A stretch of 64,000 nt of DNA from an uncultured Armatimonadetes bacterium (GTDB lineage Bacteria > Armatimonadota > UBA5829 > DTJY01). Below are positions 22,004-35,255 of the stretch, in pieces. The translations under genes and the position numbers were made by a program. The notes under the pieces were generated by a model. That model worked only from the letters and a program-made list of their open reading frames with translations. It made no database searches and had not been told where the DNA came from. The DNA is taken from the NCBI GenBank assembly GCA_963717145.1, contig OY970325.1, positions 2,080,001 to 2,144,000 on the forward strand, written 5' to 3'. The stretch's first letter is position 1; each line of letters starts with the position of its first letter.

Positions 22004-22998
22004 AGCTTGAGCACTTTCTTGAGGAACGGCGTGAAGGCCTGGGCCATGAGGTAGAAGCCCAGCGAGTTGGGGTGTACGCCGTCGACCAGGCCGAACGCGG
22101 TCTCCGGGGTGATCATCTTGCGGCCGTCGAAGAAGTGGATATTCCGATCGCCCTCACTCTTCATCTGCTTGACGTACTCCTCCCCGGCGTTCCTCTGCTC
22201 CTCATGCATGCCGCCGTCGAGCGCGTCGCGCGTGTAGAAGAACGGGCCCATGACGATGATCGGCTCGGTCTTGTGGACCCTGCGCAGTTCGCCGATGAAG
22301 ACCGGAAGGTTCTCGCGGTAGTCCTTGCCCTTGTTCGCCCAGTGATCGATCACGAGACAGCAGCTCTCGATCTCGTTGATCGCCTTCGCGAGTTCGGGCT
22401 CCCCCAGCCCATTCCCGGAGAACCCCAGGTTGATGAAGTCCACATTGAGCGACCGCGAGACGAAGTTCTGATACGCCGTGCCGGGGGTCGAGGCGCATCC
22501 GCCCTGGGTGATGCTCGTGCCGTAGTAGACGACCGGCTTCTCGATGACGAACTCCTTGTGGCCCTTGATCGCCGCCCCCTCATCGAGGCCGATCTGTTCC
22601 AGGTGGACCGACTTGTAGAGCGGCATGTGGATGGTGACGTTCCGCAGCTTGCCCGCTTCCTTCTGAATCTGCCACTGTGCCTCGATCTTGCCGTCCGCAT
22701 CCGGGGAGACGCTGCCCATGAAGTTGCCGTCCACGTAGATGTCGAAGCCGCTCTGACCGATGCGGGTGATATGGTTCATGACGAAGAAGTCGGGCGACTT
22801 CGCTCGGACGCCGACGTGCGCCGAGTCGGTGGCGAACATGATGCGTCCGCCGGCGGGACTCTGGGCGAGGTCCCAGACGGGCGGCCGGAATGTGTCCTTC
22901 AGGCGCTCGGGCAGGCGTCGGAGGGCGGGGCGGTCCTCCTCGAACCAGGCGAGGCCGTGCACGCAGAATCCATCGTTGGGGAAATCCATCCAGTTCAT
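22000..22998 (-). CDS. SGNH/GDSL hydrolase family protein
   Basis: YYGTSITQGG, NLGFSGNG, DGVHPN; ATG 22998 with AAAGGAG RBS. Confidence 0.9.
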   Translation of the reverse strand: MNWMDFPNDGFCVHGLAWFEEDRPALRRLPERLKDTFRPPVWDLAQSPAGGRIMFATDSAHVGVRAKSPDFFVMNHITRIGQSGFDIYVDGNFMGSVSPDADGKIEAQWQIQKEAGKLRNVTIHMPLYKSVHLEQIGLDEGAAIKGHKEFVIEKPVVYYGTSITQGGCASTPGTAYQNFVSRSLNVDFINLGFSGNGLGEPELAKAINEIESCCLVIDHWANKGKDYRENLPVFIGELRRVHKTEPIIVMGPFFYTRDALDGGMHEEQRNAGEEYVKQMKSEGDRNIHFFDGRKMITPETAFGLVDGVHPNSLGFYLMAQAFTPFLKKVLKL

Positions 22999-23107
22999 GC
23001 GGTAACTCCTTTGTCGATCTGCCACTACTTTACCGCCGAGATCGCGATGCGGTCAAGGGGAATGGTGGAGTGATGGAGTATTGGAGTATGGGGGTGACGG
23101 GATGGCG

Positions 23108-24226
23108 ATGACTTTGCGGGAGCGGATACTGGCTGTGTACAGGGGCGAGACGCCGGATGTGGTGCCATTCATGCTCGATCTGTCTCACTGGTTCTATCAC
23201 AAGAACCGGATGCCGTGGGATTTGAGCGTGGCCTATGACGCGCCTGAGAAGCAGTTGATCGACTACCACAAGCGCATGGGCGTGGGCTTCTATGTGCCGA
23301 ACCTGGGGTCTTTCTATTCGATCCGGCACACGAATGGCGTCACAGCCGAGGTCGAGCGGAAGGGCAACGAGATCGCGTGGCGGTATGACACGCCGCTGGG
23401 GAGCATCGAACGCACGCGCGTGTGGGAAGAGGGCAGCTACTCCTGGGCGATCAACAACTGGGGCGTCAGGACTGAGCGCGACTTAGGGGTGCTCGCTTGT
23501 GCTCTCGCCAATAGGGAGTTTGAGCCGCTCTGGGACCACTATCGTGCGTGGAATGAATGCGTCGGCGACTGTGGAGTGGTCTATCTGGTAGCGGGTTACA
23601 GCGCGATCGGACAACTGCTCAACTACTGGATGGGCGTCGAGGGCACCATGTACGCCGCGTACGACTGGCCCGATGCGATGCACAACGCAGTCGAGCAGAT
23701 CAATGAGAGCAATCTGCGGCTCATCGATCTGCTCGCAACGAGCCCGGCGGAGATCATCATCATGGGCGACAACATCTCGGCCGATGTCCAGCCGCCTCAT
23801 TTCTTCCGCGAATGGTCCGCGCCATACTACACCAAGGCGATCAACCGACTGCATGCGGCCGGGAAGTACGTAGCGGTACACATCGACGGCAAGCTCCGAG
23901 GCGCGGTGGCGATGGTCCGTGAGACAGGCGCCGACTGTGCTGATGCGGTGACTCCCACCCCGATGGGCGACCTCACGCCGGAGGAGTGCCGCGAGGAAGC
24001 CGGGCGCGAATTCATCCTGTCAGGCGGCGTGTCACCCAACCTCTGGCTACCGAATGTGAGCGAGAGCGACTTCAGTGCCGCCGTTCTCCGCTGGCTGGAA
24101 CTGCGGAAGATCAGCCCACGATTGATCGCCAATGCAGGTGACCAGGTCCCCCCGGAGGCAGCAGAAGACCGCATCGAGATCATGCGCGACCTGGTCGAGC
24201 AACACGGCGGCTACCAGGCTATATAG
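23108..24226 (+). CDS. Uroporphyrinogen decarboxylase (UroD/MtaA)-family protein
   Basis: MTLRERILAVYRGETPDVVP, YDTPLGSI, MGDN, HIDG, DAVTPTPMGD, GDQVPP. Confidence 0.8.
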   Translation: MTLRERILAVYRGETPDVVPFMLDLSHWFYHKNRMPWDLSVAYDAPEKQLIDYHKRMGVGFYVPNLGSFYSIRHTNGVTAEVERKGNEIAWRYDTPLGSIERTRVWEEGSYSWAINNWGVRTERDLGVLACALANREFEPLWDHYRAWNECVGDCGVVYLVAGYSAIGQLLNYWMGVEGTMYAAYDWPDAMHNAVEQINESNLRLIDLLATSPAEIIIMGDNISADVQPPHFFREWSAPYYTKAINRLHAAGKYVAVHIDGKLRGAVAMVRETGADCADAVTPTPMGDLTPEECREEAGREFILSGGVSPNLWLPNVSESDFSAAVLRWLELRKISPRLIANAGDQVPPEAAEDRIEIMRDLVEQHGGYQAI

Positions 24227-24334
24227 CCGATTCTCAGAGACCATGCTGTTTTGGCTTGCTGGCAGAGGGGTAATCCACTATAATACTGGTCATCCGAAGC
24301 GGCCCTTCCCGCCAGGGTCGATGGAGAATCCCCG

Positions 24335-27300
24335 ATGCGTTTCCGAATGTCCTGGAAGATAGCGCTGATCGTCCTCGCGCTCCTTGCCATACTCGTGGCC
24401 TGGTTTGTCTACCACAGACTTACGCCATTTATCAGCGACCTGGACACCGTACTCGCGAATCAACTCACGACGGAACTCAAGCGCGCGGTCACCATCGAAT
24501 CCGCCAAGGTGATCTCGAGAAACCGGGTAGTCATCACGGGATTGCGGGTTGCAGATGGGAAATCGTTCAAGCAAGGCACACTCTTCACCGCCCGACGCAT
24601 CACCGCCGATCTCGACCTGACGCGCATCGCGACAGGCCGCGGATCAGTGGCGAGCAACATGCGGGGCGTCACGATTGTGGAACCGAGCCTGTCACTCGTC
24701 CGAAACCAAAGCGGTGTCTTGAACGTCAAGGACCTACTCGGGCGGCCGCAAGTCCCGCTCGCACGGCGGTTCAGGGGAATAATACGGGTCGAGTCCGGCC
24801 AACTCACGATGTCCGATCACGCGTCGCTTCTCTCGAAAGGGCCGGCGGTCAATACCATTGTCGCCGTCCGCGGCTCGATCGATTACCGCCCGGGCGACGT
24901 AGCGCAGGTGGACCTCGCAGGCCGTGGTAAGCAGAGCAGGATCGGGAGGCTCACGCTCCGAGGACCACTCTCAACGAGCAATCCTATGCTCACGAAGCTC
25001 GTCGTGACGGTCGCCGGCGCCAATGCCGGCTACTGGCTCGACTACTTCTCCACCATACCCTCGTGGTCGATACATGACGGGGTGCTCAACGGCGGCGGGT
25101 TGATCTACCGGACAGATCGCGGAAAGTACACCGCCAAGGGGACTGGGACAATCCGTGATGGATCGCTCACGAGTCCGCACCTGGCGATTCCACTCCGGCA
25201 AGTCGCCGCCGACGTCTCATTCGTCGGTACGGCGATCCGCCTCAAAGTCGATGCGCGCCTGAGGGGGTCGCCGATCCACGCGGAGGGAACCATCGTGGCA
25301 GGCGGTACGCTGAACCTCCGTGTGACCTCGGCCGGGATGGATCCGCTGACTCTTCAGAGGGCCGTGCGCGGTCTCCCGATCATTGCGAATTCCTCGTGGC
25401 CGACGCCGCTGTCGTTCGATGCGGTGGTTTTCGGCTCAACCGGCAAGCCAAGAGTACGCGCCACGGCATCGATTCCCCGAGCGGTCATCTCCGGGATGTC
25501 TGCATCGGGCATCGCGGCATCCGGCGATTACTCGGCGGGCGTCATCACGATCAGCGATCTCCGAGCACGGGTCCCTCAGGGCGATGGACGGTTCAGCGCG
25601 GCTGCAAACCTCAAGACGCATCGGACCACGCTCAGCGGCACGATACGCACTGCCGGGGGTACGATCCGTACGTCGGGTACTGTGGCGGCATTGGGCCGGC
25701 TCGACCTGGCCGTGACCGCGTCAGGGGTTGACATCGGGGCGCTGCTCGGCCCGCTCGGATACCGCGAGGCAACCGGCGCTGCCGACTTCAGAGGGCGGTT
25801 GACCGGAACCATTGCGTCGCCGGTCCTGATCGGCGACCTGACTGCTCGGAACGGCCACCTGCAGCAGATCACTTTCGACTTCCTCCATGCGCGCCTGACC
25901 GCCACCAGGGATTACCTGCTCCTGACCGACGCAACGATCCGCCGTAAGGGCTCCGAGATCGCCACCACCGGATCCGTCCGCATCGCGAGAGGCGCGCCCG
26001 CGCAGGTGGATCTCCATGCAACCGGACAGGGGCTGAGCCTTGTCGAACTTCAGGAACTGACCGGTCTCACGATCAACGCCCAGGGAAGGGCCGATATCGA
26101 TCTTCGGATCAGGGGGCGGTACCCGAACCTGCTTGCCGAGGGGACCATCGCCGTGACTGATGCCACGATCTCCGACTACCAGGTCGATTCGGCGCGTATC
26201 GACCTGCGCACGGTGGACGGTCACACGGTCATCGAGCAGTTTGTGGTGGCTCGGGGTGACATGCGGCTGACCGGGAGCGGGTCGATAGGCTCGCGAGGAG
26301 AACTGAGCATTGCAGTAACCGGAAAGGCTCTCGACCTCAGCCTTCTCAACAAGAGCCTCTCACCATACGCGACACTGAGCGGGCAGATGGAATTCACCGG
26401 CGATGTCTCCGGGACGCTTTCCGACCCAAGGCTTCGAGGCGAGCTGGTCTCGTCAACGCCGATAGTGAATCAGATTCAATACGATCGGCTTGTCGCAAGC
26501 GTGTCATGGGACGGAACGACGATCTCTCTGCTCGACGTGTCTCTGACCGGCACGGATTCGAATCACAGCATCCAAGCCCTCCAATTCAACACCGTCACGA
26601 AGAGCATCGCCCTCGATGGCGGCGTCATCTCTGCGCGGCTGGAGGCCATTCTACCGCCGTTACGCAACTCCCCATACCTGGAGACGCCTGCGGGCGAGGC
26701 GCTGAAGAATTCCCTCGAAACGATCCCGCCGAATGCATCGGGCAAGGTCGAGGCGGCGGTGAACTTCTCGGGTCCGATCGATGGTCTCTCCGGTACGGTC
26801 ACGGTCAGCGGTTCGGAGATGGTGCTCGGACCGACGCAGATATCCAGCCTGGATTTGGGACTCACCGCCGAGCGGTCGAGCTTCCGATTCAGCAGCCTCG
26901 AAGTTGTGTCCCCGGGAGTCAACCTGAGTGCCTCGATTCAGTCCGCCGACGAGCCTAACCATCTCACCACCAGGATCACCGATACCCAGCTTGGCGCATT
27001 GGTGGCAGTGGTAGAGAACATGCCGTTCCTGACCTCATTTGAGTTCGGCCAATGGCTGGTCGCGAGCGCCCAGTCGGTGCCGACGCCCGCGTCGGGCCTC
27101 ATCACAGCCACCATCGATCTCACCGACACGCGCCAGGGCGGCACCGGATCAGTCAGAGCTGAGATCACAGACCTGTCGCTCTCCGATCAAGCGGTCGGCA
27201 CGGTCGCGGCAAGCGCTCACCTCGTCGAGGGTGCGGTATCGATCGACCAGTTGGACGTTTCCGGCCCCTTGGGTACCGCCGGGATACAGGGCAACGTCAG

Positions 27301-28939
27301 CACCGATAACGTCATATCGCTCAAGGGCCGAATCGAGGGCATATCGCTCGCCGTTCTCGGGCCGCTGATGGGCATGCCGGAGGTATCGGGCGCGCTCGAC
27401 GTAGAACTGCAGGTGACGGGCACGCTCGATGATGCGAACGTGCAGGCATCCATTACGGCCACAGATATCAAGACCTCGCAGGTGACCTTCCAATCCATCA
27501 CCATCTCAGATCTGGTAATAGCGGGTGGAAGACTCACCGCTTCACAGATCACCGCGGTGAGCGGCGCGAATGAGATACACGCTTCGGCATCCCTGCCGTT
27601 CAGTTGGGAGACACCTTTCATTCCGGAGGACCAACCGATCGACGTGCAGCTCTCGGCGCCCAATCAGGATTTGGCCGAACTCGGGAAGCTCGTGTCGTTC
27701 GTACAATCGGCGAGTGGCACTTTGTCACTGAATCTGGCGATCACGGGCACGATGAAGTCTCCGGCCATCACCAGCGGGGCCTCATCGTCCAGAATGGACA
27801 GATCAACATCGATCGTTTCGACAGCGACGTAAAGGATCTCCAGATCGACGCTACGTTCCAGGGCACGACACTGCAGATCAACAAGTTCACCGGCGCATCG
27901 TCTCTCGGCGGCACATTCGCAGTCACCGGCAAAGTGGAACTGCCCTCATTGAGCCGCGCCGTGATCGATGGAACGCTCGCAATGGATGGGCTGAGAATGT
28001 CGGTGAACAACCTCACCGGCGTATACGGGGAGAGGGTTACGATGACGGCGACCGGTCTCCTGAATCTCAACGAGAGCCTGCAAGCGCCTCTCATACAGGG
28101 AGACCTCGTCGTGAGTGAGGCGGTGATCAGACTTCCGGAAGGTGAATTGCCGAAAGCGGGGACAGCGGGGTACAAAGGCCCGAACCCGCGGTTCGACGTC
28201 ACTCTGAACCTGGCCTCGAACGTCAGGATCCAGCGCGGACCTCTGCAGGTCGTGGTCGTCGGACCGGTCTCGATCGCCGGATCGCTCTCGCAACCCGACA
28301 TATATGGAACGGTCGCTCTCACGTCAGGATCGCTTCGGTATCCGGGACGGACGTTCGCCCTCGTTCCCGGGGGAAGCGCCACGTTCGTCTGGCAGTCGCC
28401 CGAGGCGCCGAACATAGCCATCGACCTGCAGGCGACCACCCGCGCCATCGCCCAATCGCCGTTCACCGGCAAGCTCACGCGATACAGGATTTACATCGAT
28501 GTGAGTGGCACGATCGACCGCCCGAGCATCTTAACGACGAGTTCGCCGCCCGGTCTGAGCGACAGCCAGGCGCTCGCACTCATCTTCAGGCAGGCAGAGA
28601 TCGAGGCACTGCTCAGCGGAGTCGATTTCCAGCAGGTGGTCGAGCAGCAGTTGGCCGATACGCTCCTCGGGCTCGGCGCTTCCGGGGATCTTCGAAGGGA
28701 TCGAACTCGGCGCGTTGACGATCGGCCTTGAGCCGGGGCTCGCCGTGCCGCTCCAGGCATGGATATCACTCCAGGTGACGGACAAGTTCTCTATAGGCTA
28801 TCTGAGCACACTGATCTCCGGCGAGTCTTTCTACGCGCTCGAGTTCGACTACGCAATCAGCCCGCAGTATGCGATATCCGTGCAGTTTCAGCAGAACCAG
28901 GAGGTGCTTTACCTTCTGCAGTCGGGCTGGCGGTTCTAG
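24335..28939 (+). CDS. AsmA/TamB-like translocation and assembly module protein, with two 1-nt frameshifts (~27777 and ~28676)
   Basis: N-terminal TM anchor, long beta-taco repeats (G.L..P...G), TamB-like C-terminus SSPPGLS...; ORFs 24335-27832, 27604-28731 and 28715-28939 join. Confidence 0.8.
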
Positions 28940-28953
28940 CCCAGCCACACCGG

Positions 28954-29056
28954 GTAGTGGCCGTGCCTCCGTGCCGGCCTCCGACTGCCCTTCGATACGT
29001 CCGCCGGAGCAGACACTCACGGTTGTTGGAGGCCGGCACGGAGGCACGGCCACTAC
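28954..29056. repeat. REP-like palindrome, family A
   Basis: GTAGTGGCCGTGCCTCCGTGCCGGCCT...AGGCCGGCACGGAGGCACGGCCACTAC. Confidence 0.9.
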
Positions 29057-29167
29057 GTCACGCAATTCCAGGCAGGACAAGTGCCCGCTTTCGGCGAACA
29101 AGCAGGAGACTGCGTGCTGCTTCAGTGCAGAGGATCATTCCACTCCACGAACAGGAGGGATTCACCA

Positions 29168-29567
29168 ATGGCTGCTGAAGAACAAAGCCTCCGGGAACAG
29201 GGTCTGGCGCTCCTTCGACAGGGCCTCGCGGAGCAGAGCGTGGACCTCTTGAGCCAGGCGCTCGAGCAGGAACCATCCGATCCCCAGCTCTATCTTCTAT
29301 CTCGGTTTCGCCTACTTCCAACAGGGCGACCTCGAGAAGATGATAGATACTCTGGAAAAGGCGATCGACGTCGCGCCTACTTCGCCCCAGATTCACTACA
29401 ACCTCGGCGTCGCATATCAGAAATCGCACAACGCGACGCTTGCGAAGGATGAGTATCTGCGGGCGCTCGGTCTCAACCCGGCGTATACGGCCGCCAAGGA
29501 GGCTCTAGAGAGCCTGACACCGTCTGCGAGCGATCAGATGCTGCAGGACGGCGGCTCGGAATCCTGA
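29168..29567 (+). CDS. Small TPR protein, split by a 1-nt frameshift near 29297
   Basis: MAAEEQSLREQGLALL...PQLYL/YLGFAYFQQGDLEKMIDTLEKAI...HYNLGVAY; GGAGG RBS. Confidence 0.75.
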
Positions 29568-29690
29568 GCCTGGCTGATGTCCCCCTTACGAAGGGGGACC
29601 GGCCTCTGGGCCGAGGGGGTTTCTGCACGCCGGAACTCCGGAGTTGGAACCGCCAGGATCGCCAAGTGAGCCTCCCGCACCCCTTTGCTA

Positions 29691-32252
29691 TCAAGGAGGG
29701 GAGCTTTCGAGCGCAGGTCTGAGAGTCTCCGCGGCATCGGGAGGGAGCTTCGACCCGCCTTCGCCGGTCACGTAGAAGGCATCCCTCGCACGTCGCCCCC
29801 AGGTAGTCACCCGCGCGCTGTGGATGTTCCAGCCCATGGAGGAGATCGCCGTCGTGAGGCGATAGAGCAGTCCCGGGGTGTCCTCCGCCTCGATCTCCAC
29901 GATGCTGTGCTGGTCCGACAGATCGCCCATCACCCTGAGATCGGTCAGGCCCACGTCCCCGGTGATCCTCCTGCCAAACTGCGGGAATAGGCTCTCGACC
30001 TCCACGTCGCCTGAGAGCACCATTTCCAACTCGGACTGGACCTGCTGCGCCTTCAGTTCCGGCAGAGGCCGACGCTCCGAATCGACATAAAGCAGATCGA
30101 TCGCAATCCGGTCGCGCGATTCCCGGGTGAACACCTGCGCCGCATGGATCTCGACCCCCAGCGCCGCAAGGACGCCCGTGATCTTTGCCAGGAGGCCCGG
30201 TGTCGGATCATCGAGCACGCAGACGGTGAGTTCGGTGAACGGACCGGTCGGATCGTCCCTGAGGCGCACCACAGGCTTGCCGCTCCGGGCGCTTCGGGCA
30301 TACGTGATGTGCGCGGCGAGTTCGTCCGGCGCGGTATTGAGGAGATAGCTCGCAGGCATCGCCCGGCAGTGCTCGTCTATCTCTTCCTGCGGGATATTGG
30401 CGAGGGACAGCTCCCTCGCAAGCCGACCCCGATGGCGCTCGATATCGACCGTGACGGGTGATGATGCGCGTAGAGCGCTCGCCGCGCGATGGTACAGCTC
30501 CCGAAGGAAGCGCATCTGCACCTCGCTCCACGTCGCCTGTCCGACCGATCGTACGTCGGCCGCCGTCAGCAGATAGAGCATATCGAGCGCCTCCGCCGAA
30601 GTCACGACAGCCGTGAAATCCCGGATCGTCGGCTGTTCGCCCAGATCGCGCATCCGCGCGGTTTCCGACATCAGCGAATGGTTCGCAACGAGAAACTCGA
30701 CCATATCTACGGCCTCTCCGGTCATCCCCAGGCGTTCGGCGATCCGGCGCGCTGAGGAGCGGCCTCGCTCCTGGTGTGGACCGTCTCCGTCATCAGCCTT
30801 GCCGATGTCGTGAAGCAGCGCGGAAAGGTAGAGGAGTTCGGGCTCGCGCACGTTCTGGCGGACATCGTAGAACTCATCGTCAGCGCCGGAGGTCAGGAGT
30901 TCGATCTGACGGGCGACCTCGAGCGAGTGCGCGCCAACCGAAAGCTCGTGCGCTGGATCGCCTGGTACGAGGTACATCAGGCGGCCGAACTCCGGGAGTA
31001 ATGCCCTGAGCACACCGGTCCGATTCATGGCATCGAGAGCAGTGGCCGCACCCGGGAGTGAGAGTATCCGCAGGAAGGCATTGGACATGGCGACGCCGTT
31101 CCCGTTCGACATCAGGCGTTCGGCTCGGCGGCCCGAGACGTACTGCTTCACGAGATCCGATGTCTCCCAGTCGATGCCGAGCCCGAGACGGACGGCGTGC
31201 TCGTGGAGACGGACCGCCGCCTCCGGATCGCGCCTCAGGATGCCCTTGTCGGCGATCCTGATCTCGCCGCGCCGGACGACGACCCCCGGTTCGATCTCGA
31301 GTGACTCCTCGCCGCACGCGGTCGTCACCTTCCGATAGATCGCGGCGATCCGCTCGGCGTGGAGCATGTATCTGCCCATCAGGTCGGATGCTTCCATTCC
31401 CAGCCGCGATGCTACTTCCTGCTGCCGGTCGACCGCGAGTATGTCCCGTCCCGACTCGCACACCGCGTGCAGGGCATTGCGGACCTTGAACAGGAACTCC
31501 GCCGCATCGCCGATCCACTTCATCTCCTGGTCGGAGATCACTCCGCGCGACCGCAGGACGTGCCAGACGTCCTCCCGCGACGTGCTGAAGGCGGACTGAG
31601 CGATCCATCGAGCCGCGTGGAGATCACGGAGTCCCCCCGCGCCGTCCTTGATGTCGGGCTCGATCCGGTAAGGCGATCCGCCGGATCTCGCGATCGCGAT
31701 CCGGCGCTGTTCGAGGTGGCCGAGCACGAAGGACGCAGGCACGATCGCTCGGCGGCACGCCGTCGAGAATCGCTCGAAGAACATCGGGCTCCCCGCGAGA
31801 TGCCTGGCGTCGAGTAGCGAGGTATGCGTCTCCAGCGACAGGTCCCGGCAATCATCCGCCCCCCGATACCCATAGCCGACCTTCAGGCCCGCTCCGTTCA
31901 GGAAGACGTCCATGACTAGGCGGTAGGCGGTCTTCAGGAAGCGGTCGACGGCCGGATCGCCCTCCTCCTCGGCGACGAACGTGATGTCGATGTCCGAGTG
32001 AGGCGACAGTTCCTGGCGGCCGTATCCGCCGACCGCGATGACGCAGACGCCGTCGAGGGCGTCATCGGCCCCGATGTCCTTCAGCGCCATGTCGACGATC
32101 CGCCGGACGACCGAATCGATGAGGTCGCTGTACGCGTGCATGAACCCGACGCCCCCGATGGAACGCCGGGTCATGAGTTTCTGTCGCGCGCGCAGTATGT
32201 GCTCCCCCAGGTCGGCGGGAGAGACCGATTCTATTCTGCCTGTGATGGCCAT
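29691..32252 (-). CDS. glnD: [Protein-PII] uridylyltransferase
   Basis: AVGGYGRQELSPHSDID, EPDIKDGAGGLRD, HD domain LLHDIGK, two C-terminal ACT domains. Confidence 0.93.
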   Translation of the reverse strand: MAITGRIESVSPADLGEHILRARQKLMTRRSIGGVGFMHAYSDLIDSVVRRIVDMALKDIGADDALDGVCVIAVGGYGRQELSPHSDIDITFVAEEEGDPAVDRFLKTAYRLVMDVFLNGAGLKVGYGYRGADDCRDLSLETHTSLLDARHLAGSPMFFERFSTACRRAIVPASFVLGHLEQRRIAIARSGGSPYRIEPDIKDGAGGLRDLHAARWIAQSAFSTSREDVWHVLRSRGVISDQEMKWIGDAAEFLFKVRNALHAVCESGRDILAVDRQQEVASRLGMEASDLMGRYMLHAERIAAIYRKVTTACGEESLEIEPGVVVRRGEIRIADKGILRRDPEAAVRLHEHAVRLGLGIDWETSDLVKQYVSGRRAERLMSNGNGVAMSNAFLRILSLPGAATALDAMNRTGVLRALLPEFGRLMYLVPGDPAHELSVGAHSLEVARQIELLTSGADDEFYDVRQNVREPELLYLSALLHDIGKADDGDGPHQERGRSSARRIAERLGMTGEAVDMVEFLVANHSLMSETARMRDLGEQPTIRDFTAVVTSAEALDMLYLLTAADVRSVGQATWSEVQMRFLRELYHRAASALRASSPVTVDIERHRGRLARELSLANIPQEEIDEHCRAMPASYLLNTAPDELAAHITYARSARSGKPVVRLRDDPTGPFTELTVCVLDDPTPGLLAKITGVLAALGVEIHAAQVFTRESRDRIAIDLLYVDSERRPLPELKAQQVQSELEMVLSGDVEVESLFPQFGRRITGDVGLTDLRVMGDLSDQHSIVEIEAEDTPGLLYRLTTAISSMGWNIHSARVTTWGRRARDAFYVTGEGGSKLPPDAAETLRPALESSPP

Positions 32253-32280
32253 ATACTCAGTTCCAAACCCCTCATGTCCG

Positions 32281-32401
32281 ACCCACCGCTAGTCCTGAGT
32301 GCGCCGGTGAATGACGGCGTTATCGAAGGACGGCTCGTACAGCAAGGCCGTCCTTCGATACACGCCGTCATTCACCGGCGCACTCAGGACTAGCGGTGGG
32401 T
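32281..32401. repeat. Long near-perfect palindrome (family D)
   Basis: Arms of ~55 bp, ACCCACCGCTAGTCCTGAGTGCGCCGGTGAATGACGGCG...; second copy at 59322. Confidence 0.9.
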
Positions 32402-32444
32402 TGAGAGCGATAGCGGGAGGCCGTTGAAGGCCTCCCCTACAGTT

Positions 32445-34122
<1,678 letters not shown>

Positions 34123-34156
34123 GCTCGCACCTCCATCGCGTGATCCTACTGATGCC

Positions 34157-34210
34157 AGTTTACCCGGTGGAGGTTTCGATGTAGTTTCGCGGATGTTAAA
34201 TCGATGTTTC
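34157..34210 (-). promoter_or_regulatory. GlnR/OmpR-type tandem boxes plus -10 element upstream of amtB
   Basis: GAAAC-N6-TTAAC-N6-GAAAC-N6-GAAAC (34210-34173), then TAAACT at 34162-34157. Confidence 0.65.
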
Positions 34211-34213
34211 GTC

Positions 34214-34272
34214 TTTGGAGTGCGGCCCTCACCCCCAACCCCTCTCCCGGGGGGCGAGGGCCGCACTCCAAA
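34214..34272. repeat. REP-like palindrome (TTGGAGTGCGG...CCGCACTCCAA) enclosing a CCCTCACCCC..CTCTCCC motif
   Basis: TTTGGAGTGCGGCCCTC...GAGGGCCGCACTCCAAA. Confidence 0.8.
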
Positions 34273-34273
34273 G

Positions 34274-35255
34274 CTACCCCTTGATTCGGTCGAGGAAGAA
34301 GCGGATGAACCGGGGAGCGTCGACTTCGACGCAGACGCGGGCGTTCGGAGGCCATCGGGGTCACGGGATTCGGTCGCAGGTCGCAGACGGTCATGCCGGC
34401 GGTCACGCGGCCCTCGGTCTCGACCTCGACGTGGCCCTCCTGCATCCGCGCGAACGACTCGTCGAGGGCTACTCCGACCGCCAGTGGATCGTGTAGGTAG
34501 CAGCCGGAGAACCCTTCGGTCTCCATGTGATACTCGATGTACCCCTGCGTCAGATCGACGAGGAACTCCGACAGCCTCGTGCCCAGCGGCTCGACCTCCT
34601 GCGCGATGTGCCCCATCTCGAGGCACACCTGCTCCGTGACGTCGAGTGGCACGAATACAAGCGGAATGCCCGACTCGACGACGACTTGAGCGGAATGAGG
34701 GTCGACGAAGATGTTGAACTCCGAGACGGTAGTCGTGTTACCATAGGCGCGGAATGCTCCGCCCATCACGAAGATCTGCTTGTACTTCCCCATCCGCTCG
34801 GGGTCAGAGATGATCGCCTTCGCGACATTCGTCAGCGGGCCGATAGTGACCAGGGTGATCTCGCCCGGATCGTCGCCTGCGATCTGAGGCAGCAGTTCGA
34901 CCGCGGGAGTCGAGATCGGCGATACGTCCGGGCGAGGATATTTGAGGCTGCCCGTCTCGCCCATGAGGGTATGCAGTCCGCCGAGACCATCGTGTCCATG
35001 GACCTCCGGAGCGACGACCGGCGGTCGGACGAGCGGAACGGCTTCCCCCTTGGCAACGATGGGCATCCGGGCGGGTTGCAGGATGTCGAGGATGCGGAAG
35101 ACGTTCTCAGTGCAGAAATCGACGTGTACGTTGCCGCTGACAGTGGTGATCGCCTCGACCTGAAGCTCAGGCGACCGCATGGCGAATACGATCGCCAGGG
35201 CGTCGTCCACGCCTGCATCGGTGTCGATCACGATTCGCTTGTCGCCGTGTGTCAC
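34274..35255 (-). CDS. Nucleoside hydrolase (IU-NH family), 1-nt frameshift near 34350
   Basis: IDTDAGVDD, HGHDGLG, IGPLTN, EFNIFVDP, LHDP; natural C-terminus PNARVCVEVDAPRFIRFFLDRIKG* is in the shifted frame. Confidence 0.88.

Noticed and set aside
27765-28690. Programmed ribosomal frameshifting in the TamB-like gene
   Set aside because: No slippery heptamer or stimulatory structure; similar indels in unrelated genes point to sequence error.
34143-34158. Sigma54 promoter for amtB (TGGCAT on minus strand)
   Set aside because: The -12 position reads GGAT, not TTGC.
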